Origin: Octopus vulgaris | Lineage: Eukaryota | Direction: 5' to 3' | NCBI GenBank assembly: GCA_951406725.2 | Contig: OX597816.1 | Coordinates: 94,798,001 to 94,862,000, forward strand | DNA length: 64,000 nucleotides | Made by a program: the position numbers and the translations under genes | Shown here: piece by piece, positions 13,793 through 28,830 of the stretch | How the letters are laid out: the number at the start of each line of letters is the position of its first letter | How positions within the stretch are numbered: the stretch's first letter is position 1 | Notes under the pieces: generated by a model | Database searches by the model: none | What the model saw: only the letters and a program-made list of their open reading frames with translations | What the model was told of the DNA's origin: nothing

Positions 13793-15049
13793 ACCAGGTC
13801 TCATCTCAAAAGCAAAACACTGTTTAGTCAGAAATTATGATGAACGGATTTATATTTTTAATTCCTTTATCAGAAAGAAGCCTGACATTCCTATAATTAT
13901 TATAATACTTTTGGTTGTCTATCATTCACAAATCACATCATTTTCTTTCTCCTACTGTCTTACATCCAGTACAATAGTTCACACAGTTACTTTTTTGGGG
14001 GGGAGGGAGGGAGTGATATAGAAGCTATCATTTAATGGTCAATGTAAATCCACTTAAAGTTAAGTATTCTGTATTGCATTTTTTAAACTTATAGTTTATA
14101 GAACTTTGAAAAAATTAACTTTACCTACATTCTCTAATATAAATATCATCCATGTGCTGTACCAATGAGATACAAAGATACTGAAACATTACATAATTTC
14201 TAACATTGAAACATTATATAATATAATATCGAAACAAATATGTAATATTTAACTTTAACCCCTTCACACTAAGTGTCATACTGAAGTTTAATACAAATAA
14301 AAGGAAAAAATCTTCAGCTGGAATTAGACTTTCCTATGCTTTACATTGAACATCTCTAAAGAACAATGAATTAACATTCAAAGTATATGGGAGATCAAAC
14401 TAAAAAAAACCCAGTTATAATTGATTTTAAAGAGTTGATACATAGATAAACTATACTCAAAGAATAAATATGGTGTCTGTGATGGACATATTACAATAAA
14501 ATCTGTGCAGAATTAGAATTTAGGAAATTTTACATGAGAAAATAAAACCTCTTTGGCAATACCCTGTCTACATTTTTCCTACTGTCATCAACTAGCAGAA
14601 ATTTAAGTTAAATATTAACTACATCAACTACATTAGTAGTCTAGGAGGGCCTAGAAGCTATGAAGACTGGAACTTTTCACTGTTAAAAATATATAGCAAA
14701 CAATGAATATGGTAGTTTTTGTAGCATAACTCATTTTCACTTATGATAATGTAGCAGTGGAATCTCTTATCAGACAGTAAAAATAGGCAGTCCTAAACTA
14801 TAAATGGTTGTTATACGCTATATTATCAGAAGTCCAATAATTTAACCTCAATCTTTGAGCTTGAAATGGTGAATAATATTAGAAACCTAAACAGTGACTA
14901 AACATTAGGAAAAGAAAAGACCTTTTTCAACTTCAAAATAAATACTTTTCCACAGTAAATGGCATCAATTTTAAATTATTTGTTGTAAACAAGATATTTT
15001 TGTAATATTTTTCTAAGAAATTAAAAAAACAACAAAAATCCCAACTTAC

Positions 15050-15507
15050 CCCAGAAAGTTCCATCTCACTATCTGACACAGTATTCCTAACCAAATGATG
15101 GCTAACCTTTGGTTTCTGGCGCCGTTCCTCCTCAGGTTGATTATCAGAGCTACTGCTTACTAATGTGCTGCCATCAGAGACTTCTGAATCAATGCTGTTA
15201 ACCTTATTTTTCTTTCGAGCTTTAAGTAACTCTTTATTGCGTACAAGATCATGAAGAATATCACTTTCAGTATCTGCAGACTGCTTATCTGGTTCAGCAC
15301 CAGTCACAACAATGTCACAAGATTTGACATTCTCAGAAGCAGAGTCAGTTGTATTTGTTTGATCAGCACTGTGACTTTTATCACTTTCTGATTGTTCTTC
15401 AGCTTCTCCAGCATCAGTATCTCGATAGGCATCTTCACTTGTAGTTTCACCAACTGATGCAATTTCTATGTTTTCAAATTCTTCTCCATTGATAATGACT
15501 GGAGAAC
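15050..15507 (-). CDS. MADD: MADD exon, acidic/Ser-rich: GSPVIINGEEF...NSIDSEVSDGSTLVSS...RNTVSDSEMELSG
   Basis: aatag acceptor and gtaagt donor, phase 1->0. VSDSE.E motif as in MADD. Matches ORF 14933..15520. Confidence 0.93.
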
Positions 15508-18500
15508 CTATTGAATTCAATAAAAACTATTTATATTCAAAAGCAGAGATGTTATTATAAAGCATGGCAATTAAATTCAGAGAAGACTGTCACTATTGTA
15601 AAAAACACTGGTTGCAAATGTGATTGATCTTTAAATGAAATAAAATTCTCAAAAGTTACATAATACATGTTAGTAATAACAAAAAACAAAAACAAAAAGG
15701 TAATGCTACATACTTCCACTATTCATTAAAAATTAAGAAAACATGGTTGATACTTTCTACTCAAACATATGTTACATTTACTTTTCTCACAAGTATAAAA
15801 TCCATTCAAAATGAGAAGGGCTGAGGTGACTAATTTAAAATTTAAATTGTTGGTACTTATTTTAATTATCTAAAAGAACACCTTTGTTAACCAAGATGCA
15901 TTGAACAAAATACAATATCTCACCAACTTCACTGAATCTTCAAATAAAACTATTTTACCATCATTCAAAGAAATTCACTGTTGCTTAGGAAATACTGAAC
16001 TTTAGATGTCTTTGCTCAAGGAATGGTATAAGAATTAAGATATAAAATTTTAGCAAGAAAACATAATAACAATGCAAACTAGTTGAATAAATCAAACAAT
16101 TCCTATTTTAATTCTCTTCTACATTTTAACTTCTATGGAAAGAATATATAGAAGTTTTTGCTGATTATAAACAGATGCCCTGATTGCAGACATTCATTAT
16201 TTTGCAAAGATTTCAGTGAATACATTACAGGAATGTGATAAAAAAAATTTTGGTAATTCAATTGATGCAATTAATAAAAAAGTAAAAGAATAACTACAAT
16301 CCAAGCATGTTTTTTTCTTAATTTAGTGAAGAACTCTTCTAAAATATGATAAGCTGAGGATCTTAATAAGAAGTATCAAATTTTTATTTTACATGTAAAA
16401 GCAACATGAAAACAGAGAAGGTGTTTCTAGAAACTAAACAAGAGAAATTATTTTCATAAAGATATTAACATTTAAATTTTGTAAATCTTGAGATTTGACA
16501 AGTTATCTTTGGAAATTTCATTGAATATTTGGAAAGCAAGCAAGCCTAACTTTGCCATACAAACCCCCATTTAAGAAAGAGAAAAGGGTTAAAGAAACAA
16601 TAGTTACTAAATAATAAAAATTTGGTAGAAATAAAAAAATATCCTGAGATTAAGACATTTTATTTGTTAAGATTTTAATGGAATGCATAATTGATCTTCT
16701 GACTAGGCAAAAATTTGGTGCTAACAGTACAGAGAGAATACTTTAACATTACTTAGCTGAATCAGTAAAAGTCGCAGTTGAGTTGAAAAATATTTTAACA
16801 TTTTAGACACTTACACATGCATAATTCAACACACATACAATCCAATGACTCCCAATCACTCAGCTGATTTGCAGAAATCATAGAGCAGTTAACCAAAAAC
16901 TTTTAATTTTGACACTACCTTCCAAATTAAAGTATTCAATCAACTTTGCATTTTACTACTTCAAGATTAGTAAAGTTAAATATTGACAATATATGATTGT
17001 TATATATCCATATAACCTTATCTACAAAATCTTATCTTATATTTTCTGAAAAGACATCAATAGCTAAAATTAATGTTCTAGCAAACCAAAGAAAAAACCA
17101 TAAAAACCTCAGTAAGTATTTAGAATCGAATTCTCTTTTCATTTTCATGATGGATAAAATGTTTTGCAAGAGGCAATGTAAAAATATAAATAGACTGATA
17201 TTTCTAAAATACTTTCATAAGCATCAGTACTGATGATGTGAATTAAAACAGAAAAATTATAGGCTGAAATGAATTCGAAACATATAAAATAATCAAGCGA
17301 AATGGTGGAAATTACTAACTGAGACAGAGGATGAAATACTAATTCTTTACATTCAGAATGAGCTAAAGCTGGGAAATTTTAAAAAGAGGAAATTTGGCAG
17401 AAATATATATTGGCTTCAGGTGAATTAAGCAAGAAATGAAAGCAACAATGCTAAATTCCAGACTGGCCAAAAATAAATGTAAAAAATAATAAAAATGTTC
17501 TTTCATTACAGAGAAAAGAAGTGCAAAGAACATTGTTTCTAATTGGCAACAACATAATAGTGACAGCCATATGAACTAAGTCATTTTTAAGAAGTTTCTG
17601 AATCATAAATGTCTCACAAATTGTTCATTGGAAAAAAGAATTGATAGAAACAAATAAAAAACAACAGAAAGCACCATGATAATAAGCTATAAGGTGCTTA
17701 TAAAATATTGAACGGACTGAAACTAAAATAAAAACACATGTAAATAAACTAAAAATTGGTCTTAGTTAATAAATAAATAAAAATGTTAGAGAACAATTTT
17801 AAATCAGTTAAAAACATTATTATTAATCTAATTCATATTGTAATTAAAAATTTATAACAGAAGAAATTTAAAAATAGAAATGAACAAATAAAATATTTAG
17901 TTGGATAACTATTAGAACTATGGCATAGAAAATTGGATTGATGGAATTGCTTGTGACACATTAGTAGTAATAATGTCTGTTAATTTCAGTCTTCCCTTTA
18001 ACTCTTTAACTGTATAAAGGGGGTTGTAAATTAAAAACAAATTTATTTTGCTAGAACATGAAGATAAATAAGAGGTGCCAACTACATTAACCAATTGAAT
18101 GAGCTGGATATGTTATGTGGATTTGTCACAATCAATAAATGATAATGTAGTTAGTGATCAAAATATCAATCAATGCTATAATTAAAAAAGTAAAGATGAG
18201 TGATGATGTAAAATCAGAAACTGAAAGTTCATGGTGCTCAGGAGAGTTGCAAGCTAAGAAAAAGGGAAGTGACAGAATGGGCCAAAGAAAAAAAATGCTT
18301 TCTAGAACCAGCTAAGATTACTATAAATATAATTTGATTCACTTGATAAATAAATTTAAGATTGAAATAACTAAGAAACAAAAAGAAGTTTTTAATGGTG
18401 TAAGACATATGTGATAAATAGTAAAAGAAAAATATAAATCACATCATGTAAAATAGTAAAATATCAGAACTTTAGAAAATTACAGTTTGTCATTATTTCT

Positions 18501-21500
18501 ACTTTGATAAACACTTTTCTCAATAAAAATTAAACAAAATAATGATAACCTTTAGTTTAATAATTTAAATCAATTATTTGTTAAATAAAATGAACAGTAA
18601 TATTGATAAATTGAAGTTACATTAAAAAATATCTTTAGTAGAATCAAATTTTAACGATTAATACATGATTAAAATTGACAAATTTGATTGTTAATTGATT
18701 AATGTGTATGTGTATATCAACAAATTTCACAATATAGCTATATTAAATATAACTCACCAAAGCAATAGAAGGCAAAACATTTGCACATTAAAACTGATAC
18801 TAATACAGTGTGCATAAAATACATTACAGAAATTTAACAACACAGATATAAAACGACAATAATTCAGTCTTTGGAACACACAACCAAGTGATGAAGCAAA
18901 TAACCATGCAAAAACTATGCAAGTAAAAAGTGAGAGAGTTTTAACAAGCCATTGCTAAACATTGCTTATTTTGTTTTACTAATATTAATCCCAAGAGCAG
19001 ATTACAATACATTTTACACTAAACTAATGTTAAAATATTCTTGTCAAGTTATATTTAAAACAATTATATTTTACTTTGGTCCTGCAGAGAATATTTATAG
19101 AATAATCTCTAGTGTTATACATCTTTGTTCAATGAAACGGATAGAGTGAGAAAGTGAAGTTGTGAAGTATGAGAAACAATGGCTGAATAATAGAAAAGAA
19201 AAGCATTCATTTCACACATATTCTTACTATCAGTTAATCTCTTCATATAAACTAAGGGTAATCAAGTAAATAACATTTAAATGTAATAAAATATTGCAAC
19301 TGAATTAACAATACTCTTTTGCATTAGTAAGAAAGGCATCAAATGAAGAATCTCTCTAGCTTTCTTAAATTGGTAAGAGTATGGTGTAGATAAGTAGAAG
19401 TCCAGACCTTCTCCCTAAAAAATTTATTTATGGAAAAAGGCTAGTAAAACCAGAATGATAACATTAGATAAGCTATTAATTAACATTTTGCATTGAGTTT
19501 TAAATTATTTTCTTTCTGCAAAATAATGTTTCCAATACAGTTTCTGTTCATTCCAATACATCATGGAAGATTACTTTTTATTTCTTCTACCTAGAAAAAT
19601 AATTCTCCATTTGTAACTTCTACATTTATTGCTGTTGAATACTGGTTATCTTTGATCCTACCATTTGGTTTATGTAATTATGTAGCCTCAGATCAGCTCT
19701 AACCAAGGAGATCTATGACAAAAAAATATTTCACATGTGACCATTCTGTCTTAATTTCATTCTTGTCAGTGTATCTAAGATTACACTACCCAATGTGTCT
19801 TTTAAAAAAAATGGCAGAGTGTGATTTGAGGGAGATTTAACTACTATTTCTAGCATGTCAAACACAATTAAGCAACACGAATGAGGTATAAGCAAATCAT
19901 AGTAGACCATGTTCAACTAAGAATCCATCAATCATGGATGAGAGGCATATATACATATGCAATACTACTACTATTACAACACACATAGAATGTAATGATT
20001 GGTAATTTTAGATAATCTGTTAATATTCTTTAAGCCGTTCCAAAATGCTCTAATAGCAATATAATCTATAAGCAAATTCTTTAAGTCTATATTATTATCT
20101 CCTACAACTCTCATTCAAATAGCTTGCATTAATAACATAACTCAAGATGTTGGCTTTAAATTATATTTTATGATGAAGTAACTCAGGTTTAGGAATATTT
20201 ATAGTGGTTAGACTTATAAAAAAGGGAAAAATCTCTAATTTAGGTACAAAGTATTGGTAAATTATGCTCATAAATTACTCCATCAAAATGTTTTACTATC
20301 AATAATAACCACAGAGACAACACCAATATTGATAAGGATGAAGCAAATGACAGACAATGATCAACAAAATGCTATAAGCAGAATAACGATAAAAGCAGAA
20401 CAGACTACAATGTTCATGCCAGAAAGGCCATTTAAAACAGATTTTAGTAAAAGGAATAGAGTAATTCAAATTATTTATTAGAGATATGGCAAATAAAAAA
20501 TGTATTTTAAAAAAGTATATTAAAGGGGAAAATAACATATATTGAAGCATGAGGAATAGCTACTGTGGCAAAAAGTATATATTGGTTAGGAGACTTAATG
20601 AAAATATTAAGGTATCAGCATACAAAAGTAATATCAATGTCTTTGTGCCTAACAATTTGGTCTAGTTATGTTTTCTGAAACTTATGTTGTAATATTTGAG
20701 GAGATAATGAGAAGTTAAGCTTCAAGAAAAAGTATTCAAGTGTAGATATATTTAGGCATTTCTCAAGTACTGCTTGAGCACTCACAGGTTATAATTCATT
20801 ACAACTAACAATTATTTAATTTAATTGATGTTATACTTAAATGAGTGTATAAGGTATAAAATCCCCAATTATCAGGCAATACTAAAGAAATTTGCTTCTT
20901 TCACATAATAAAATGCTATTGCGTATATACATGTTTAGGGGAAAATAGAATAATTTGGAAAACCAAGAACTAAATAGATGACAAAAATATATTGAGTATA
21001 TTTTCATTTCCAAAAGATTTGTACTGAAGCCAAAAAAGCAGAACATAGCAAGAGAAAAGACAATTAAGTGGAAAGAGAATATATGAAGGATTAGATGGAT
21101 GGGCATATAATAATGGTGAGTTAACATAACTAATTACTGCAGTGCTATTTCAGAAACAATAGCTCTTTAAAAGGATATATTCGTAGAAGCATACATACAT
21201 ATACACTTCCATTTTTTCATGTAAAACATACATACACACACATATGCAAATAAATCTGCATATAGCGATTTATGTAAAGAGAAGCAAATGAAATAGGAGG
21301 CAAGCATTAACTGCAGTAAATTATGGCCAACAGTAGCAGTAGCATGCAGCATGCACATGGCATACATTACATTTGGCAGAGAAGAGAATTCTGAGGCAGT
21401 ACATGACTGAACAAATGCCAACACAGGTGGTGCCAGCAAGGCTAAATAACACACACAAACACAAAACAGACAATTGGCAAAAATAGAGATGGAACAAAAC

Positions 21501-22387
21501 TGAACATAATGTCCCTTCCCTAATCACAAATTGTTTTGTCTCTGCTCTACTTTCAACTGTCGGCCAACAAAAAATAAGGTAAACAGCAGCTAAAGCTATT
21601 GTCAAGAAAGATTTTAAATGAGTAGTAGAGAAAAGAAATTCCTTAAAGTCTTATGAAATTCAGATAGAAAACATAACAAATTCTACCTAGACATAATGAT
21701 TTATCAAATCTATAAGAATGATGTATTTGCTCACAATGTGTTCAATTTCCATGATTATTTTCCAGCAATCATACTGCCTTCCATTCATTAAGATTTTAAG
21801 TTTGAGTTTATTGAAAGAAGAGTGTAAATGTGAACCAGAGTGGGAACAGAATAATCAGCGAGGGAAATTATGAAAATTTTTGAATGAAAGAATGAAGATT
21901 TGATAAATACTTCTCTATCTTTCATCTAGCCAGTAAACACCATAGTTTCATCATGAATTAAGAATTAGATGATTGAATAATATCACTTCTTATGATACAA
22001 TCTATGTAATTAATTGAAAGAGTATTAGCATGTGAAAATACTCTTTTATATGTTCACAATAAACTATCTTCTCAAAACTACATTTAGATATTGTCTTTAC
22101 TATTAATGAACTAAATGAAATATTAGATGTTCAAAATCCTTGTCCAACTATACAAGATATACATAGAATAATTTCACATTTAAGAAACAACACAATTAAA
22201 TAATCACATATTCTCATCAACTAAAATTGATGAAATATTTCAGTTTGAATTCTTGTGTATTTTACAGAGAAAATTCAAACAGACATCTGTTTAACCAGTG
22301 TTATAGTTTAACCAACAAAGTACATTGTACTAATGTGGAAAATTCCTAGCATAAAAATTTTATGAAGATCATATGTGTATGTATATT

Positions 22388-22461
<74 letters not shown>

Positions 22462-23144
22462 GATATTTGTCAAAGACACAATAATTATTTAAAGGAAACT
22501 GATTGTCTGAATTATTCTAATCTTATCTTTTTAAAGCTTAAAAAAAAAAATGTGATTACCAAAGGAGACATTGAATTCAGCATTGTAAGATCCAGAAATT
22601 AGTATCACAAATAAACTAATCTAAATCTATCCAATTATAAAGGAATATAATACAATGAGTAAACACTAAAATTGTTAAGTTAAAAGGAACAATTGAGAAA
22701 GTATAATTTATATTAACAAACCTAAGAAGGTTTGTTAAAAAGAAAATATAGTAGTGTAAATATATATTATATAAATATATATACACACAAACATATGTGC
22801 ACGTGTGTGAGCAGATGGGCATTTGTACATATATACATACGTGTACAAAACAATAGATTGTTTTAATTTAATTTGTGGTAAAAAAAAAAAATATGTATGC
22901 TTCACTATATCTGATTGTCATATATAAGGAGAAGATAATATATCTGAATCTAGAGGCCAGATGAAACCAACTATATTGTCAAATATACACGTCAAGGATT
23001 TGAGAGAAAATATACATCCCTATCAACTGAGGTGTACACAAGACACTGTGTTGATTATGAAAACCTTTTACTAATATTTTGTAGACATAGATCCAATTTA
23101 TTTTACATATGACAAGTGTATGCATGCACACACACATTCCTACA

Positions 23145-24130
23145 TCATCATTATTAACTTTCATACTCTATGCTGGCATGTGTTGGATGGTTTCATAAGA
23201 TCCAACAGTTCAGAGGGTTGTGTTGGTCTCTTTTGTTTTGGTTTCTATGATTGGATGCTCTTCTTAATTCCAATTACTTTAAAGAGTGTACTGGATACTT
23301 TTTCTTCATGGCACCAGCACTAGGGAGGTCATCATGTAACTTGCAAGATAAGACTCCTAATCAGAAATGGGGTGCAGATTTGAAGTAGTTGGCTTTGTGC
23401 CAGGTGCTGAGGGCTAAATGATGATAGGGAGAAGAGAATAGATATCTTGTCATATCCCTCTTCTTCAAACTGATCCATATTTAATGAATGGCACTTCTCT
23501 ATACAGCTGTCTTAATCTATCACAATCACACTTCCATACTAGTGCAGACTTCATTCCTCTACTGTGTAGTTTTTCTCTCAGCACATTTGCACTATGACAA
23601 TCATGCACACTTACACACATCCAATGGAGCATGCTTGCTTCTTTTCTTTCCAGTTTTCTCAAGTCCTCAGCATTCAAGGCTCATGTTTCACTACCATATA
23701 ACATCGCAGTTCTAACATAGTGTGGTACATTTTGTACTACACTGTAAGGAAAAAACTTTTTTTCGCCAGCAGTCATACAAGCTTCTTGAATTTTTTCAAG
23801 CCTGTTCTTATCCTGGCTATGATACTTTTGGTGTAATCACCTCCTTTGCAAATTATGTCTCTTAGATAACAAAAGCTAAAGACTACCACTAGTGAGCTAT
23901 CTGAACATATAAGAGATTCTTTTTCTTGTGTGTTCATAGTATATACTGCTCTAGTGCATCTGTCACATATGTAACTTACTTTCTCTATTTGTCTGACTGT
24001 GAGTCCACTTCTTGTGTCCATAGCTTACATTAGGTACAACATATAGAGTTTATACCTACTCTTTTCCTGCATATTAAGCAAGACTATAGCCTGAAGATAA
24101 CAGGGTTCTGTCTTGAGATTCTAATTCTGC
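23145..24130 (-). mobile_element. Decayed RTE-clade LINE (RT C-terminal region plus tail)
   Basis: FCYL.D.I..GG...SIIARIRTG.KKF and EDLRKLER.EASML.WMC remnants, plus the same tail as at 13.6 kb. Confidence 0.7.
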
Positions 24131-24316
24131 TAAAGGTCATACTTGTTAAAAACGTTAAAAGTTTATGGAGGTTTTGATGCATGTACATGTGCATGTGTGA
24201 ATAAGCCAACTCATGCCAGAATGGAATAAAGATGATAAAGGATGATTATACATATATATATATATACACACACACACACTATATACATATATATACTTAT
24301 ATACATAATGTGTGTG

Positions 24317-24360
<44 letters not shown>

Positions 24361-24517
24361 CAAAACTTAATGGCCTACACTCTGTTTCATGAACAGCCAA
24401 GGATGAGATTTGGAGTAGTGTAACAACTTTTCATATAAACATATCAATCTGGTCCATCCAAAATATCAAATAAAGTCTGCACTATGTAAGATACATTTTT
24501 ATATAATTAACAACTTT

Positions 24518-24563
<46 letters not shown>

Positions 24564-24569
24564 AAATCA

Positions 24570-25099
24570 AAATTCAAAGAGCAACCCAAAGCATCTCATA
24601 CAACTCAGGAGCCTAGTTCTGGGACTATGAGCACTGCTTGTCAACCTGAGGAAGACTAGGGCCAGAGACAAAATACTATGTCCAGGAACACTGCTTAACT
24701 TGCTCAATGTACAAGAAGAATAGACGAATCTGAAAGTTGCGAGAGCATTGAATAAAACCATGGCTGAATTTGCCACTAATAACAGTTCTGAGATGGATCA
24801 GTTGGACAAGGGCTGGACAATATTCTGAAGAGTGATGCTTCCAGGAAGCTAAGAACCATGGTGCAAGTGGTATACCAGGCATACCAAAATACATCTTTAG
24901 AATGAAGGAAGGAAAAGCAAACAAGCAGAATGGTTTTGGTGGAGGCAATACCAGATAACAGAACTGATTGAAGAGCTAAGTCAGCTGAAGAAAAGGTGGA
25001 AAGAAGTAGATGACAAAAGAAAAGAGGTTTTAAACCAGCTTGGCTTGGAGTTATGAAGAAACCTGTTCCAGGGTCCAGAGCAGAGTCACTCTGGAAATG

Positions 25100-25147
<48 letters not shown>

Positions 25148-26720
25148 AATGAAATGCTTTTTTTGGACAACCTCTTCCAGTTCACTGCTGACATCCCCCA
25201 AAAACCGAAAAGCTAGATGTTAATATGTTCCAGAGCAGAGAAGCAGCAGTATATGATAACCTCAGAAAAGATATATGTTTGGAGATTGTCCCTTCCAGCT
25301 GCTAACCCTATCAACCCTATCAAAATGGCAGACTTTATTTTTGATGAAGTGAGGTTGGCAGTGACAAAAGTGCAGACACGTTCTGTTCCAGGGCCATGTG
25401 GCACCACTTAGAGAATTTACAAAAGCTGCTGCTGAAGGAGGAGGAGGCATCCTGGCTCTGGATATATGATAAGAACTGAAGATGAAGTTCACTGTGGGAA
25501 ATTTCATCACTAAATGGTAGAAACAGGAAAAGCATGTTACAGTAGGGTGTACAATTTTCATGGTCTTATTCATGGTACCATGAACCTACTGTTAGAGGTG
25601 GGAAGGAAACCCTCAAACATGTTAACAAGACAGCAGAAAGTGAAAGCCTGTGGAAGTTGTGAAGGAAACAAGAACATACTGGAAACACCAAGAGATGGTT
25701 GGAGTAGTCTGTCAGAGATGGTTATGACCTGACAACTATAGTTGCATGAGATGAAAAAAGCACCATTGCCAGGAGCAAAAGAAAGTTTATAGTGCAAAGG
25801 ACCTGTGACTCAACAAAGAGAATCGCTGGATGAAAAGAATAGGGCTTTACATCAGGGGGAATGAATACATCAAGACCAAGTAATTGAGCAACCACTTTCC
25901 TGGAAGGAACTCTGGAGCACTGACCAGAAAAGACTATCCTTTCTTCTTTGTATCATCACTGCCATCAACCTCAAATATGCTAAAAATATGAGGCAAAGAA
26001 GAAAATTCATCCTATAAGTATTGTTGAGCAATTCTTGCACCCCTGTATCACATTTTGGCTGGATGCTGATACAAGAGGAAGCATGACAAAGTTTTTACAG
26101 AAATGGCCAGTGGACAGAACTGCAAAGGTTTAAGGTTAACAAACACCAGCCACCACCACCCAAGGGTATCAGATTCTTGAAGAAAGGTGACAAGATTCCT
26201 AAGGTGAAAGCAGCAGCAGGGTATCTGCTTTCTATTTTGCCTCAGATTGAGATGTCCAAATGAACATGAACTGCAGACTTGTCTTTCTAGAGGAGATAGT
26301 AACAATATCACTACAATCAGACATGTTCCTGCTCTTGAGGCACAATCATTGTAGTCAAACTTACAGTGATCTGAGAGAACATATTTGATGTTTTTCACCA
26401 GCTAAAAACAATCAAATACAAGGTCTTAGTTGATGAGGCCCTTGTCAAGGGGAGGTATGTGGCTACATTCCCTACTGAAATCAGCTGCCATGGCTTTCCA
26501 GGCAGATCAGTGTACTGCTTCCTACAAAAGATTAGTCTGAAACCTAAACAACTGCAGAAAGCCAAAACCAACTCAAGGTGGCCATAGCTAACAAGAGACT
26601 GTAAATGGAATCCTTCCACAGGTGAAAACTAATTTGAGCCTTGCTGCCCTACACAGGCAGTGTACAGGCTAAGGATTGAAATGCTTGTGCACCCCCTGAT
26701 GCCTGCTGATGACATAGAAG
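24570..26720 (+). mobile_element. Decayed R2-superfamily (Hero/NeSL-like) non-LTR element with RLE domain
   Basis: Remnants PGPCG; LVFLEEIVTISLQSDM (~LKFPEEI..T.LRPD); KLTVI*E (~ELTVPWE); IKYKVLV; FPTEISCHGF (~PVEVGCRGF). Confidence 0.65.
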
Positions 26721-26829
26721 GGTTTCCATCCTTGTAGTGAATTTAGAAGAGCTTGCAAAAACCTCTGAGTAGCTCCTGCAGTTTATGCATGGTATAAAGC
26801 ATCTCTGATGTTTATTTCACCTCATATAT

Positions 26830-27232
26830 GTACTCTTTACTTGTTTAATTGTTACAGTCATTATATTGCAGTTATACTGAGGAACAACCTTGTAAGGTTA
26901 GTCACACAAATCTGTCCCTGTGCTTATTTTGAAATTTGATACATATTCTAATGCTCTCTTTTGCTGAACTACAAGCTTATGGAGATATAAACAAACCTAC
27001 ACAGATTGTCAAGAGGTGGAAAGATAAACACAAACCAAAAGACACACACACACACATGTATATAAATACATAGAATGGGCTTCCACATGGTTTCAATTAA
27101 TTGAATTTTCTCACAAAGTATCTGCTGACGTAGGGTAAAAGAAAACACTCAATAAAGGTTCATTACAGTGGAACTGAACCTGGAAATATGTGGTTGCAAA
27201 ACAAACTTCTTAACCACACAATCATGCTTGAG
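26830..27232 (-). mobile_element. Decayed tRNA-derived octopus-type SINE
   Basis: Reverse-complement similarity to the SINE at 36590-36988 at both head and tail. Confidence 0.65.
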
Positions 27233-27253
27233 TTTCTCTCTCACTCACTCTAT

Positions 27254-27290
<37 letters not shown>

Positions 27291-27326
27291 AATGTATGTA
27301 TATATACACACACACACACACAAATA

Positions 27327-27775
27327 GGTACCGGAGTGGCAATATAGTGAGAAGTTTTCTGCCTAACCATATGGTGCTGGGTGCAATCCCATTGCCTGGC
27401 ACCTAGGGTGTCTTCTACTATAGTTCTGAGTCAACCAAAATCGTGAGTGAATTTGGTAGACAGAAACTGAAAGAAACTCATTTTATATATATGTGTGTGT
27501 CCCTTGTCTTGGCATCTCAAGATGCATATATATGTGTTTATCTCCTTGTTTTGGCATCACATGATAGTTGTGAAATGACTGTCACTGCCATACAAGCATC
27601 ATTCATTTCAAATATCCTGCAAGAACATGCCTGGCCTTGGGGAAATATTTCTTTGCTTGGAAACAGATGAGGGTTGGTGACAGGAAGGGTGTCTGATCAT
27701 AGAAAATCTGCTTCAATTTACTCCATCTAACCCATGCAAACATGGAAAAGTGGACATAACAATTATGACAACAAA
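27327..27775 (+). mobile_element. Decayed tRNA-derived SINE with RTE-type tail
   Basis: ggagtggc...gtgagtgaatttggtagacagaaactgaaagaa matches the SINE head at 36590. Ends in the cccatgcaaacatggaaaag tail. Confidence 0.7.
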
Positions 27776-28267
27776 CACACAGTCATCATCATTCCTTAAT
27801 GTCTCTATCTTTCAAGCTGGCATGGATAGGTAGGTTTGATCTGATTGGTTGGAGGACTGTGTCATTTTCCAACGTCTACTTTAGCATGATTTCAGCAGCT
27901 GAATGTCCTAACATACACCAGCCATTTTACACTAGCATGATCCTACTGACGGAGTGAGGCTCAAGTGAAGAAGTGAGCAGCTTTATGAGGTGAAAAGCTA
28001 GAGTATGAAGGAAGGTGCTGGAACAAAGTTTTGCTGTTGAGGAGATAGATGGTTGCTCAGATCATACAACAATGGGTAGGGATATATAGCGTTCATAGAT
28101 ATAATTTTTATCATATTTCTGCCATGCTTTCATAGGAGAACACGTTTTTTTCATCATATGTTGCCAATTGTTGCTGTATGTGTGTGTGTGTATACACACA
28201 CCTATGCACATACACACATGTGTATATATGTGTGTGTGTGTATATACACACCTATACCCATACACAC

Positions 28268-28305
<38 letters not shown>

Positions 28306-28830
28306 TTGTACATACACACAAACATCACATATATACATATACAAATACACACAAACATTCATTCAAACAATATGCATAATATCCACTGTATAGGTTCATG
28401 TAGCTATTACAATTTGGGGAATTTAAGGTAATGTATGTGTGTGCATAGCATATTCTATTTTCTATCTTGAGATTAAAAATTAATGATTATAAGCATCAGA
28501 TAATTACTGACTTATTCTATTTCCATGAATGAAATTAAGAAGGCAGTTTGTTTTGTCAGCTATTTTTGTGCAACACATTCTTGACATAAAGAGTAAACTT
28601 ACTTTGAAGAGCAGCAAATAAGCTGATAGCTTATTATGCAATTTAAGTTTACAGAAAAAATTAGAATTAAAAAAAAAAAGAGAATAAATCTGCTTCTGTA
28701 ACAGTAAAAGTGGCAGTAACAATAGAGAAGGTAGTTGTCTGTTTTGTGTATGGGTGTATTAAAAGTTTTCACCAGCACTTGGCCCCAGCTGTATATAAAT
28801 ACAGTATTGTTGGTTTGGGATCATACTTGC

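Noticed and set aside
20254-20550. Overlapping ORFs on both strands
   Set aside because: No convincing splice sites or homology; composition is pyrimidine-rich intronic.
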